Source: an uncultured Bacilli bacterium
GTDB taxonomy: Bacteria > Bacillota_I > Bacilli_A > RF39 > UBA660
Assembly: GCA_944331935.1 (NCBI GenBank)
Contig: CALVIV010000002.1
Span: 770-64,769 of the forward strand
DNA length: 64,000 nucleotides
Direction of reading: 5' to 3'
The position numbers and the translations under genes were made by a program. The notes under the pieces were generated by a model. It ran no database searches and had not been told where the DNA came from. It saw nothing but the letters and a program-made list of their open reading frames with translations. Below are positions 18,373 through 25,759 of this stretch, piece after piece; the first letter of the stretch is position 1, and each line of letters opens with the position of its first letter.

Positions 18373-18438
18373 CTATTCTTACTTATAGAATAGCATAGTT
18401 CGTGCAAATATTCTAGTATCTTTTTAGCCATATGTCAA
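18373..18438 (-). promoter_or_regulatory. promoter plus palindromic operator of the Panacea operon
   Basis: Minus strand carries TTGACA (18438-18433), 17 nt, TAGAAT (18415-18410). Downstream lies the palindrome CTATTCT-N7-AGAATAG (18373-18393). Confidence 0.55.
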
Positions 18439-18499
18439 GCACCTCCTATTATAATCATATTGCTATTAATATAAATTTTTTGTCATATTTTATGGGATT

Positions 18500-18531
18500 A
18501 AAAAACAGGTAGAGCCAATTAAGACTCTACC
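18500..18531 (-). terminator. terminator of the lysis cassette
   Basis: Minus strand GGTAGAG-N10-CTCTACC followed by a T-run, 6 nt after the endolysin stop. Confidence 0.65.
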
Positions 18532-18536
18532 TATTA

Positions 18537-19427
18537 TTAATTATTAGATACTTCATATAAAGGTCCACAATCACATCTAAACTGAACTCCATCAGCTTCG
18601 AGAATTGCTACACCATTTTTTAAATAGTTAGTTGGTAGCTCAACACCTTTTACAGTAAAGATATTATCACACTTCCAGTAATTGCCAACATTTAAAATTG
18701 CATTATAATCTGCATTGCTTCCATCAGAATTACATTTAGCAAGTGGTCCACTTGGAATATAATCATTTACTCCACATGGAGAGCCATAACAAGTATCATA
18801 GCATCCAATGGCACCATTTGGGTATTTGCTGTTTGGAAGTATTATTTCATTTACTTTAAATACACCATTAAATTTTACTTTTGAACCTACTTTTAATATT
18901 TGGTCTGCTGTAGAACTAGAACCTCCACCATTTAATTTCTCTTGAACTTTAGCAACAAACGTATTCCAGTCGTATGGATTGCCACGTCTTATATCATAAG
19001 GACAGTCTTTACCCGTCCAATGATTATGTTGAAATAAGTAACTACTAGCATTTGTAACACCATATCTTTTTAATATTTCTGCAGATAGTTCTACTGCATT
19101 ATCAGTAGCTTTTCTAATATCTCCATCAGAGTTATCACATATTTCAATAGAGATAGTCTTCATGTTTCCATCGCCTCTACCATCTCCTTGACACCAAGCT
19201 ACCTCGTTTTCTGGAACACATCTAACTGCTCTATCTTGGTCTACTACATAATTCCATGATGTAGTTACATTCTTCCAAGAACCTCTTAAAAGATTTGCAT
19301 GGGCTATCGCATTAGCACCTTTATTGTTATTTGATGTGTTATGAATAGTTATACCTTTAAATCCAGTTCTAGATATACCTGGTCTACAACTATAGCCAAG
19401 TGGAGCTAACATTTCGATAATTTCCAT
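18537..19427 (-). CDS. endolysin: N-acetylmuramoyl-L-alanine amidase (amidase_2/PGRP type) with Cys-rich C-terminal binding domain
   Basis: ITIHNT..NA.AHANLL...SWNYVVDQD..V.CVPENEVAWCQGDG...ISIEICDN. Positioned after the holin. Confidence 0.85.
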   Translation of the reverse strand: MEIIEMLAPLGYSCRPGISRTGFKGITIHNTSNNNKGANAIAHANLLRGSWKNVTTSWNYVVDQDRAVRCVPENEVAWCQGDGRGDGNMKTISIEICDNSDGDIRKATDNAVELSAEILKRYGVTNASSYLFQHNHWTGKDCPYDIRRGNPYDWNTFVAKVQEKLNGGGSSSTADQILKVGSKVKFNGVFKVNEIILPNSKYPNGAIGCYDTCYGSPCGVNDYIPSGPLAKCNSDGSNADYNAILNVGNYWKCDNIFTVKGVELPTNYLKNGVAILEADGVQFRCDCGPLYEVSNN

Positions 19428-19528
19428 TATTCATCACTCCCTTTACCGTCTTCTGCTATTCCATTTTTTACTTCTTCTAAACTAGCTTCTTCTTTTGGAA
19501 GAGTTTTATCTTCTTTTATTGTTGCCAT
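19427..19528 (-). CDS. small acidic ORF between holin and endolysin (33 aa)
   Basis: Own translation MATIKEDKTLPKEEASLEEVKNGIAEDGKGSDE. Strong SD GAGGAGG. The stop overlaps the endolysin ATG (TAATG). Confidence 0.4.
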   Translation of the reverse strand: MATIKEDKTLPKEEASLEEVKNGIAEDGKGSDE

Positions 19529-19586
19529 ATATTATTCCTCCTCTATTTATTTTATTTTCTTTATATTATTTTGAATTTACTATTAA

Positions 19587-19787
19587 CTACTCTTCAACTT
19601 CTGGTAACCCAGCAATGCTAGTTAAAATACTTAATAGTCCAGCTAAAAGACTAGCACTAACAATCATAGTCCAGTTAACTTCACTAAATACTGTAGCTGT
19701 ACCTATAGTTGCAACTGCAGTTTGTGCAATTGTCTTAACTGCTCTTACTAAAGCAGCCTTAATCCAATTCTTTGTTTTTGCACTCAT
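19587..19787 (-). CDS. holin
   Basis: 66 aa with two hydrophobic helices (TIAQTAVATIGTATVF and IVSASLLAGLLSILTSIAG) and an acidic tail, upstream of the endolysin. Confidence 0.75.
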   Translation of the reverse strand: MSAKTKNWIKAALVRAVKTIAQTAVATIGTATVFSEVNWTMIVSASLLAGLLSILTSIAGLPEVEE

Positions 19788-19804
19788 TTTATCTACTTCC
19801 TTTC

Positions 19805-20413
19805 TTATTTTGAATTTATTAAGTGTTCTTCAACATACCACACCAGTTGGTTTATAGTGTCTCTATCTATTTTCATATTTTCTTTATTAATCCAATGAAT
19901 AGCAATAAACCCTATGATGTTGCCTTCTTTGTTGTGTATTGCTATATCGTAAAATGCTCCTACATCTATACTCTTCTTAAAATTATAAGTACTAGGCATA
20001 GATGTTTTAAGTTCTTCTAAATCTTTACAGATAAACTTACCATCTTCAGTAATTCGATGAACGAATTGTGGCATACAGTTTGTAGGCAAATTTATACACT
20101 TCTGTTGAACAGGCTGATTTCCTGCTTTAAAAACTTCATATGTACAAGAGAACTTATAGGCAGATCTATAATCAGAATAATGTTCTCCATTATGAAACTC
20201 ATAAACGTGGATTCTATCGGCATTTAAAATTTCTTTGACATATTCTAATTTGTTTAAAACCTCTAAATCCAACTTATTCTGCCTAGGCAACATCTTACCT
20301 ACATTAGTTTTTTTAAAATATTGATTTAGATATTGTTTACAAAAGAATAAGCTTACTATGATAAAAGCTATAAACTGCCCTATCTCTTTTGCTAAATTAA
20401 TTATTTCATTCAT
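19805..20413 (-). CDS. membrane-anchored phage protein of unknown function
   Basis: N-terminal TM helix (FIAFIIVSLFF) and an approximately 160-aa globular domain. Lies between the tail-tip genes and the holin. Confidence 0.5.
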   Translation of the reverse strand: MNEIINLAKEIGQFIAFIIVSLFFCKQYLNQYFKKTNVGKMLPRQNKLDLEVLNKLEYVKEILNADRIHVYEFHNGEHYSDYRSAYKFSCTYEVFKAGNQPVQQKCINLPTNCMPQFVHRITEDGKFICKDLEELKTSMPSTYNFKKSIDVGAFYDIAIHNKEGNIIGFIAIHWINKENMKIDRDTINQLVWYVEEHLINSK

Positions 20414-20425
20414 TGTTCCTCCTTT

Positions 20426-20836
20426 TTAATCTGTCGTTTTATGATAATAAATTGTACATTTTCCTTTAGTTGTTCTATCAGCCCAAGCTACTTCTCCTAA
20501 TCCTTCAATGACTAAATTTGTTGAATCAACTGAGAGTTTGCACATAATAGAGGAGCTATCTATTCTTACCCCGCTAAACCATTTGGCGTCAGTAGTATCG
20601 TACCAACTGTAAAAATAGCATATTATGTCATCTAAATCTGATATATTATGATTTACTGTTCTTTGGCCATTGCTCGGAAATGCACCAAATTCAACAACTT
20701 TTTTATAATATGGTCTGTCAAGATAAAAACCAACAAGTTGCTCTTCCTCTGAATAATTTTTAAGATTTTCGTATCGTGGAATTTTAGGATTTAAAATATT
20801 TCCTAATTTATCTTTTAAAACATTATTTACTGCCAT
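20426..20836 (-). CDS. tail-tip / receptor-binding candidate, paralogue 3
   Basis: N-terminus VLKDKLGNILNPKIPRYE is shared with two upstream ORFs; the C-domain is divergent. No SD upstream. Confidence 0.55.
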   Translation of the reverse strand: MAVNNVLKDKLGNILNPKIPRYENLKNYSEEEQLVGFYLDRPYYKKVVEFGAFPSNGQRTVNHNISDLDDIICYFYSWYDTTDAKWFSGVRIDSSSIMCKLSVDSTNLVIEGLGEVAWADRTTKGKCTIYYHKTTD

Positions 20837-20859
20837 ATAAACGGCTATTTAATTCTCTC

Positions 20860-21252
20860 TCATAAATTTATGCCATAAACTTCAGTAATTGCAGGATTAC
20901 CCCAACCACTAACGTTTCTATCAAGTATTTTTATTTGTGTTTTGCTAGGAAATACAAAATTAATAGCAAAGTGTCCTGCTGTTGTATAATTAGATAACAT
21001 ATAAGAGTGATTATTATTTGTTTTGTTATATACTATATCACTAACTTTAATAAGTATCGAAGTTTTAAAATAGCTTGAATCAGCACCGCCAATAACATAT
21101 AGATAATCATACTTTTCAATGTCATCATTCAATGTATATGTTTGAGATAATGTTAGTGAAGATGTATTTAATTTTGTAGACCCTCTTTTCTCATATCTCG
21201 GAATTTTAGGATTTAGTATTTTATCATCTTTATCTTTTAATACTTCATTCAC
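20860..21252 (-). CDS. tail-tip / receptor-binding candidate, paralogue 2
   Basis: GTG start. N-terminus VLKDKDDKILNPKIPRYE; the C-domain is unrelated. No SD upstream. Confidence 0.5.
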   Translation of the reverse strand: MNEVLKDKDDKILNPKIPRYEKRGSTKLNTSSLTLSQTYTLNDDIEKYDYLYVIGGADSSYFKTSILIKVSDIVYNKTNNNHSYMLSNYTTAGHFAINFVFPSKTQIKILDRNVSGWGNPAITEVYGINL

Positions 21253-21274
21253 ATATTTTGCTTTTTTAGCTTAA

Positions 21275-21679
21275 CTATGAGTTATAGGTAAAATAGACAT
21301 AAAAATATCCAGTCCATGAAGAAGCATTATAATTTGTAGAAACGAATAGTCCTTCACTATTAATATAAAATCTTATAATACCACTATTTGAATTGTCTGG
21401 AATATTTGTAACTTGGTTATTCAAGTCTTTTCTGTAACCTGCTATTTGTCTAGTTATTGATATACTATTAAAATCTAAATCGCAATCTACTTTTTTCGCA
21501 CTATTATTTGGCAAGTTACCACAACTAATAAATACAACATATTCATCTTTGCCATTTACTTTCTGCCCAGTTTTTACTGGGTTTCCATTTGTTACTAAAT
21601 TGCATTTTAATAATTCATACCTAGGTATTTTAGGATTTAAAATGTTTTCATCTTTATCTTTAAGTACACTATTACTCAT
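21275..21679 (-). CDS. tail-tip / receptor-binding candidate, paralogue 1
   Basis: N-terminus VLKDKDENILNPKIPRYE. Good SD GAGGTGG. Confidence 0.6.
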   Translation of the reverse strand: MSNSVLKDKDENILNPKIPRYELLKCNLVTNGNPVKTGQKVNGKDEYVVFISCGNLPNNSAKKVDCDLDFNSISITRQIAGYRKDLNNQVTNIPDNSNSGIIRFYINSEGLFVSTNYNASSWTGYFYVYFTYNS

Positions 21680-21757
21680 AGTCCACCTCTTTTTGAGAGA
21701 GAGAATTAATTACTAGCCTCTCCCTCCTTTCAATAGAGGAGTTAAGCCAAATAAGCT

Positions 21758-21768
21758 CCCCCCCCCCC
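21758..21768. repeat. C11/G11 homopolymer tract
   Basis: Eleven consecutive C on the plus strand, in the 136-bp spacer upstream of paralogue 1. Confidence 0.95.
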
Positions 21769-21815
21769 ATGTAACATATTGTAAACTTATATTCATTATT
21801 ATCACTTTCCTTTCT

Positions 21816-22073
21816 TTAATCGCTTTCTGCTATCGCAGCTTCAAGTTCTTCATCTGTACAAGTACCTTGATAGACACCTATTGCATTCATTTCGTTAACT
21901 CTTTGATTTGTTGCATTTATATCATTTGAACCAAAGTCATCTCCTTCTATCTCATAATCTGTTACATCTTCAAGAGATACAGTTCCATCAGGATTGTTAA
22001 TCAAATTGAATTTTTTATTGCCCACATAGGTATAATCTTGATAATCAGTTTTTAGATTTTGTTGTTCGTCCAT
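21816..22073 (-). CDS. small acidic phage tail-region protein
   Basis: ORF track; strong SD GGGAGGAGG. Confidence 0.55.
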   Translation of the reverse strand: MDEQQNLKTDYQDYTYVGNKKFNLINNPDGTVSLEDVTDYEIEGDDFGSNDINATNQRVNEMNAIGVYQGTCTDEELEAAIAESD

Positions 22074-22221
22074 CTTTAATTCCTCCTCCCAATTTACTAG
22101 ATAATTTAAATGCTAATTTATTTAAAACTTTTTCATCTTTTGATACTTTTACTTGTATAGAAAATGTATTGCCTTGATAAACTTTCTGTGGATTTAACCT
22201 TACTTCGTCTATTCTTATCAA
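22045..22221 (-). CDS. possible 58-aa ORF (TTG start overlapping the upstream stop as TTGA)
   Basis: Own translation MIRIDEVRLNPQKVYQGNTFSIQVKVSKDEKVLNKLAFKLSSKLGGGIKDGRTTKSKN. Below the ORF-track size cut-off. Confidence 0.3.
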   Translation of the reverse strand: MIRIDEVRLNPQKVYQGNTFSIQVKVSKDEKVLNKLAFKLSSKLGGGIKDGRTTKSKN

Positions 22222-22961
22222 CTATCATCACCTTCTATAATTTCATATTGACCTTTAGATATCTTTTCTACATTATTTTCAGTTACTATATAAACCTCTG
22301 CATCTTTAAATGTTGATCCATTAATAGAAACCATAGTGAAAGTGCCTGCTATTGTTTTAAAAGATATAGTATTACTATTACCCCATATCTGATTACTAGC
22401 TTTCTTTCCACGAATTTGATATGTATAGTCTGTATCATCAGTTAAATTAGATAAAGTAATAGGATTAGACATAGATATATTTTGCCAACTACCATTATTT
22501 AATCTACCTTGTAAACTGTCTAAAGTACTATTTGTTGAGTAATTAAAGGTTGCAGATTCTTCTAGAATAGTTTTACTAGAAAGACTAATTGATGGTGCAT
22601 TTCTATCAATTTGTGGTAAAGTAATTGTTCCACCACAACTACCACTCATAACAAAAGTAGTATTAATTGAACCTCCAACATATATAGAAGCATTTCCATT
22701 AGAGTCATGATATACTGTTATATCTTGTGTATTAACAACTGTTTCACCACGATAATAGGTATTGGATAAGCCAAATGAAGTATTATAAAGTGAAGCAGAG
22801 CCACTAGACCAACTAATATTATTAGCACCTACATAAATACTAGCTTGAACTCTAATTGTTGACCTATTGTTTATTTGGTCTTGACTAAGTAATTGCCATC
22901 TTAAAATGTAAGCATAATAAAAAGAGCCATAATTAAATCCGACTCTTGCAAACTCATTCAT
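22218..22961 (-). CDS. tail fibre/baseplate-associated protein with FN3-like C-terminus (DUF859-like impression)
   Basis: Ser/Asn/Gly-rich beta-type sequence. C-terminal TDDTDYTYQIRGK is FN3-like. Position in the tail module. Confidence 0.5.
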   Translation of the reverse strand: MNEFARVGFNYGSFYYAYILRWQLLSQDQINNRSTIRVQASIYVGANNISWSSGSASLYNTSFGLSNTYYRGETVVNTQDITVYHDSNGNASIYVGGSINTTFVMSGSCGGTITLPQIDRNAPSISLSSKTILEESATFNYSTNSTLDSLQGRLNNGSWQNISMSNPITLSNLTDDTDYTYQIRGKKASNQIWGNSNTISFKTIAGTFTMVSINGSTFKDAEVYIVTENNVEKISKGQYEIIEGDDS

Positions 22962-22967
22962 ATATCA

Positions 22968-23615
22968 CTACTCCTTTGGCTTTATCCAGACTATCGTTTT
23001 ATTTTCAACTGGTGTAGGTTGAGTATTGGAAACAACTAAAATAGGATTACTATCAAGTTCTTCTACTGTTTCTTTAACTGGATTAAATTCGTTTTTAGTA
23101 ACATATAGACCATTATCTTCTATCAGCTCTATTTGGCTTTCTATATATTCAAAAATTGAATTATAATCTAAGAAAGTTCTGTTATCCACAAAGTCTGTTA
23201 TTCCAGTTGATAATGCTCTAAATCTTGCAAATTCATATTGATAAATACCTGCATTTTCTGTTAACTTTTGTTGTGTTAAAGCTGGATATGAACTTTGACC
23301 AGTTAAAACTCTAAACTGTCCTTGAGTAAAACTCGTATCAGTGTTATCTTTTGACATATCTAATTCATATACTAAAACACAATAAGAACCATCTAAAATC
23401 ACTGATAATGTTTCTGAATTAACAACTTCAGTAAGTCCTCCTTGTACAATAAAAAATCCATTACTAACAGTAACAGTATTATTTGTGTAAGATAAAGCAC
23501 ATCCAGCACCCTCATTTTCAAATATTCCATTTGAACCATTTAAAAACGTATTATTAATTATTCTATCAGCAACTGAATAATATATTTGTTTATCATAAGA
23601 ATGTCCTTTTAACAT
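22968..23615 (-). CDS. baseplate/tail-tip protein
   Basis: Start moved to the ATG at 23615 (AAAGGAG upstream), directly after the previous stop. Confidence 0.5.
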   Translation of the reverse strand: MLKGHSYDKQIYYSVADRIINNTFLNGSNGIFENEGAGCALSYTNNTVTVSNGFFIVQGGLTEVVNSETLSVILDGSYCVLVYELDMSKDNTDTSFTQGQFRVLTGQSSYPALTQQKLTENAGIYQYEFARFRALSTGITDFVDNRTFLDYNSIFEYIESQIELIEDNGLYVTKNEFNPVKETVEELDSNPILVVSNTQPTPVENKTIVWIKPKE

Positions 23616-23616
23616 C

Positions 23617-24873
23617 TTAATTTCTCCTTTCTTGTAAAACTTTGTCAATATAATCAATTCTTATATTTCCACAACTTAATGTTAAATAATTGTGATTATT
23701 ATCCACAATTTTAGAAATATAAGTATCTTGAATAATATTGTTTTGAGTTTTTATTAAAATAGGTGTTCCTAAATTAATTTTTGAAACATCATACAATTTA
23801 GATTTTTTTAGAATTTCAAATGTTATATTATGCTCATATGAATTTCCTTTAAACACATCAATAGAAGCTTGTTCTGCATCTTCTTCATTTTCTACAGTTA
23901 TCTTTTGTGTTTTTCCACTTATTCTATTAGGGTCATCTTTATTAGTTGTCGTTTTTCTATCATTTAAAAGATATCTATAATATTTTGTTTTAGTAGTATT
24001 AATGTAGCATTCTACTTTTGCAGTATAATTTAACGAAAAAACCTCAGTATAATTTGAAATATCTGAGGTAGTAGCATCAATTAACATTTTGTCTTCTGTT
24101 TTAGAAGCAATTTGAAGTTTAATTGTATCTTTATTTAAGATAAAACTAAAATCAAGATCATAGTTTTTTATAGCATTGTTAATAAAAGTTAATAAATTAT
24201 ACATATTATTAGAGACTGTTACAATACTACTTATACTAATATTCTTCTTGCTATGTGTTAAAGCTTCTACTGAAAGAAATTCTCTATTAACAAATGTATC
24301 TGTATTATTTATAAACTCGCTTTCTATTGTCTGTTTAATAAAGTCTTCTATTCCTGTAGATGATATTAATTCTTCATTTTCTACAAACATAGAAATATCA
24401 AATAACGATAAAATATCTTTACAGGTTATTGTATATAAAACACTATCTGAGGACTTTTCTTGACTTACTACAATACCAAGAAAGTTAGTTTTATCATTTT
24501 TCTTTAAATATATAAAGTCTCCTTCTTCAATATTTAACTTTTTAATGCTTGTAAATAAAGAATTACCATTTGTTTCTAAATCTCTATTTATCTCTTCAAT
24601 ACTTAATTGAACAACTTCTAATATTTCAAGAGTCATTTTATCAAGGAAATAAGCGATAGTTTCTTCTGAAGGTATTTCTTTCTCTTCTAATTTTAAAACT
24701 ATCAAGTCAATATCATCTATAGCAGTATCATCGCCTGATGTATAAGATACTTCTATGTTATGGACTCCAGTTTCAAGTGGAGCTTCTAAAGATAACTCAT
24801 ACAAGTCTGTCTGTTCATTATAAACTAATTCATACTCTTCATTGTCTAATATTATTTTTACATTATCTTCCAT
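23617..24873 (-). CDS. tail-associated (Tal-like) baseplate hub protein
   Basis: 418 aa; follows Dit in the canonical TMP-Dit-Tal order. Confidence 0.55.
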   Translation of the reverse strand: MEDNVKIILDNEEYELVYNEQTDLYELSLEAPLETGVHNIEVSYTSGDDTAIDDIDLIVLKLEEKEIPSEETIAYFLDKMTLEILEVVQLSIEEINRDLETNGNSLFTSIKKLNIEEGDFIYLKKNDKTNFLGIVVSQEKSSDSVLYTITCKDILSLFDISMFVENEELISSTGIEDFIKQTIESEFINNTDTFVNREFLSVEALTHSKKNISISSIVTVSNNMYNLLTFINNAIKNYDLDFSFILNKDTIKLQIASKTEDKMLIDATTSDISNYTEVFSLNYTAKVECYINTTKTKYYRYLLNDRKTTTNKDDPNRISGKTQKITVENEEDAEQASIDVFKGNSYEHNITFEILKKSKLYDVSKINLGTPILIKTQNNIIQDTYISKIVDNNHNYLTLSCGNIRIDYIDKVLQERRN

Positions 24874-24882
24874 AAACCACCT

Positions 24883-25749
24883 CTAAATTGATTTATAATA
24901 TGGATAAATATTTAACTTAGCAGATACTATTTCATTATCAGCTTGTATTATAATATTAGATGTTCCTAATGGTAGCTTGAAAATATTATTATTCGCTATG
25001 TCTATATATGCTTGTTTGAAAAGATTTTCATAAGTACCATCTACATTTTGTTTAAGTATCTTTATATCTCCATCTACAGAACTATATATAAATTTTTCAT
25101 ATTGAGCTATAGTGATATTGATTAGTAAATTAAATAATGTTGTTCCATTAGAATCAGTAACAATTATTTCAGGATTAGTTACAGCACCATCTATTTCTAG
25201 ATAAATAGGTGCTAATGTATGACCAGTATTATTAAATTCCAACTTTCTTGAGTTATAATTAGCAAATCTACTACCCCATCTAAAATCCCAACGAACCTCA
25301 TTATCTCCTGCAGACATATCATAAGTATATTCTTTCTGTTCATACCAAAGAGATGTCATATCAAAAGAAATAGGGCAACTTAATATTCCATTTTCTTCTT
25401 TTTCTGTTTTTCCTAAAGATTGTATTTCAATGTTTTTAAAATATTCTATTTGTGAACCATCTTTCAAAGGAATTTTATAACTTAATCTAAGGCTTTCTGA
25501 ACTTTCAATAAAATTGACAAGATTAGTATAGTTTTCATAATATAAAAAGTTACATATACCAGTTATTTGTACTTGCTCTTGTTCTTTTATATTATTAATG
25601 AAAACTTCTCCTACTTTTGTATAAGATGTTGAATATGAGTATCCTAATCCATCAGGTTCAGTTAATAAAGCATAGTTTTCTATATCCATCAATGAATAGG
25701 TTTGCCCCTTTTCGTTTATAAGTTTAAATTCTCTTACCTTATTTGCCAT
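24883..25749 (-). CDS. distal tail protein (Dit)
   Basis: Start at the ATG at 25749 (GAGGTGG upstream); immediately after the tape measure gene. Begins MANKVREFKLINEKGQTYSL. Confidence 0.6.
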   Translation of the reverse strand: MANKVREFKLINEKGQTYSLMDIENYALLTEPDGLGYSYSTSYTKVGEVFINNIKEQEQVQITGICNFLYYENYTNLVNFIESSESLRLSYKIPLKDGSQIEYFKNIEIQSLGKTEKEENGILSCPISFDMTSLWYEQKEYTYDMSAGDNEVRWDFRWGSRFANYNSRKLEFNNTGHTLAPIYLEIDGAVTNPEIIVTDSNGTTLFNLLINITIAQYEKFIYSSVDGDIKILKQNVDGTYENLFKQAYIDIANNNIFKLPLGTSNIIIQADNEIVSAKLNIYPYYKSI

Positions 25750-25759
25750 ATAACCACCT

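Noticed and set aside
18348-18431. Longer 201-aa form of the Panacea protein given by the ORF track.
   Set aside because: The extra 28 codons contain a near-consensus promoter and a palindrome. A good SD precedes the internal ATG at 18347. The upstream ATG does have an AGGAGG 8-10 nt away, so the long form is not fully excluded.
20843-21718. Imperfect inverted repeat (GGCTA..TAATTCTCTCTC at 20843-20862 versus GAGAGAGAATTA..TAGCC at 21694-21718) flanking two of the three tail-tip paralogues. This suggests a Gin/Cin/shufflon-like invertible host-range segment, possibly driven by the second recombinase.
   Set aside because: All three paralogues face the same way and each is a complete ORF. Inversion would simply turn two of them antisense rather than swap C-termini. 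The repeat is low-complexity (GA)n/AT sequence and is also explained by local hairpins. I keep it only as something long-read data could exclude.
21680-21815. Short ORF (MNISLQYVTWGGGELIW...) running through the G11 tract, which might fuse to the downstream paralogue after a one-base slip.
   Set aside because: In the frame of the downstream gene a TAA lies 27 nt upstream of its ATG, so no tract length can create a fusion. The SD of the short ORF is also poor.
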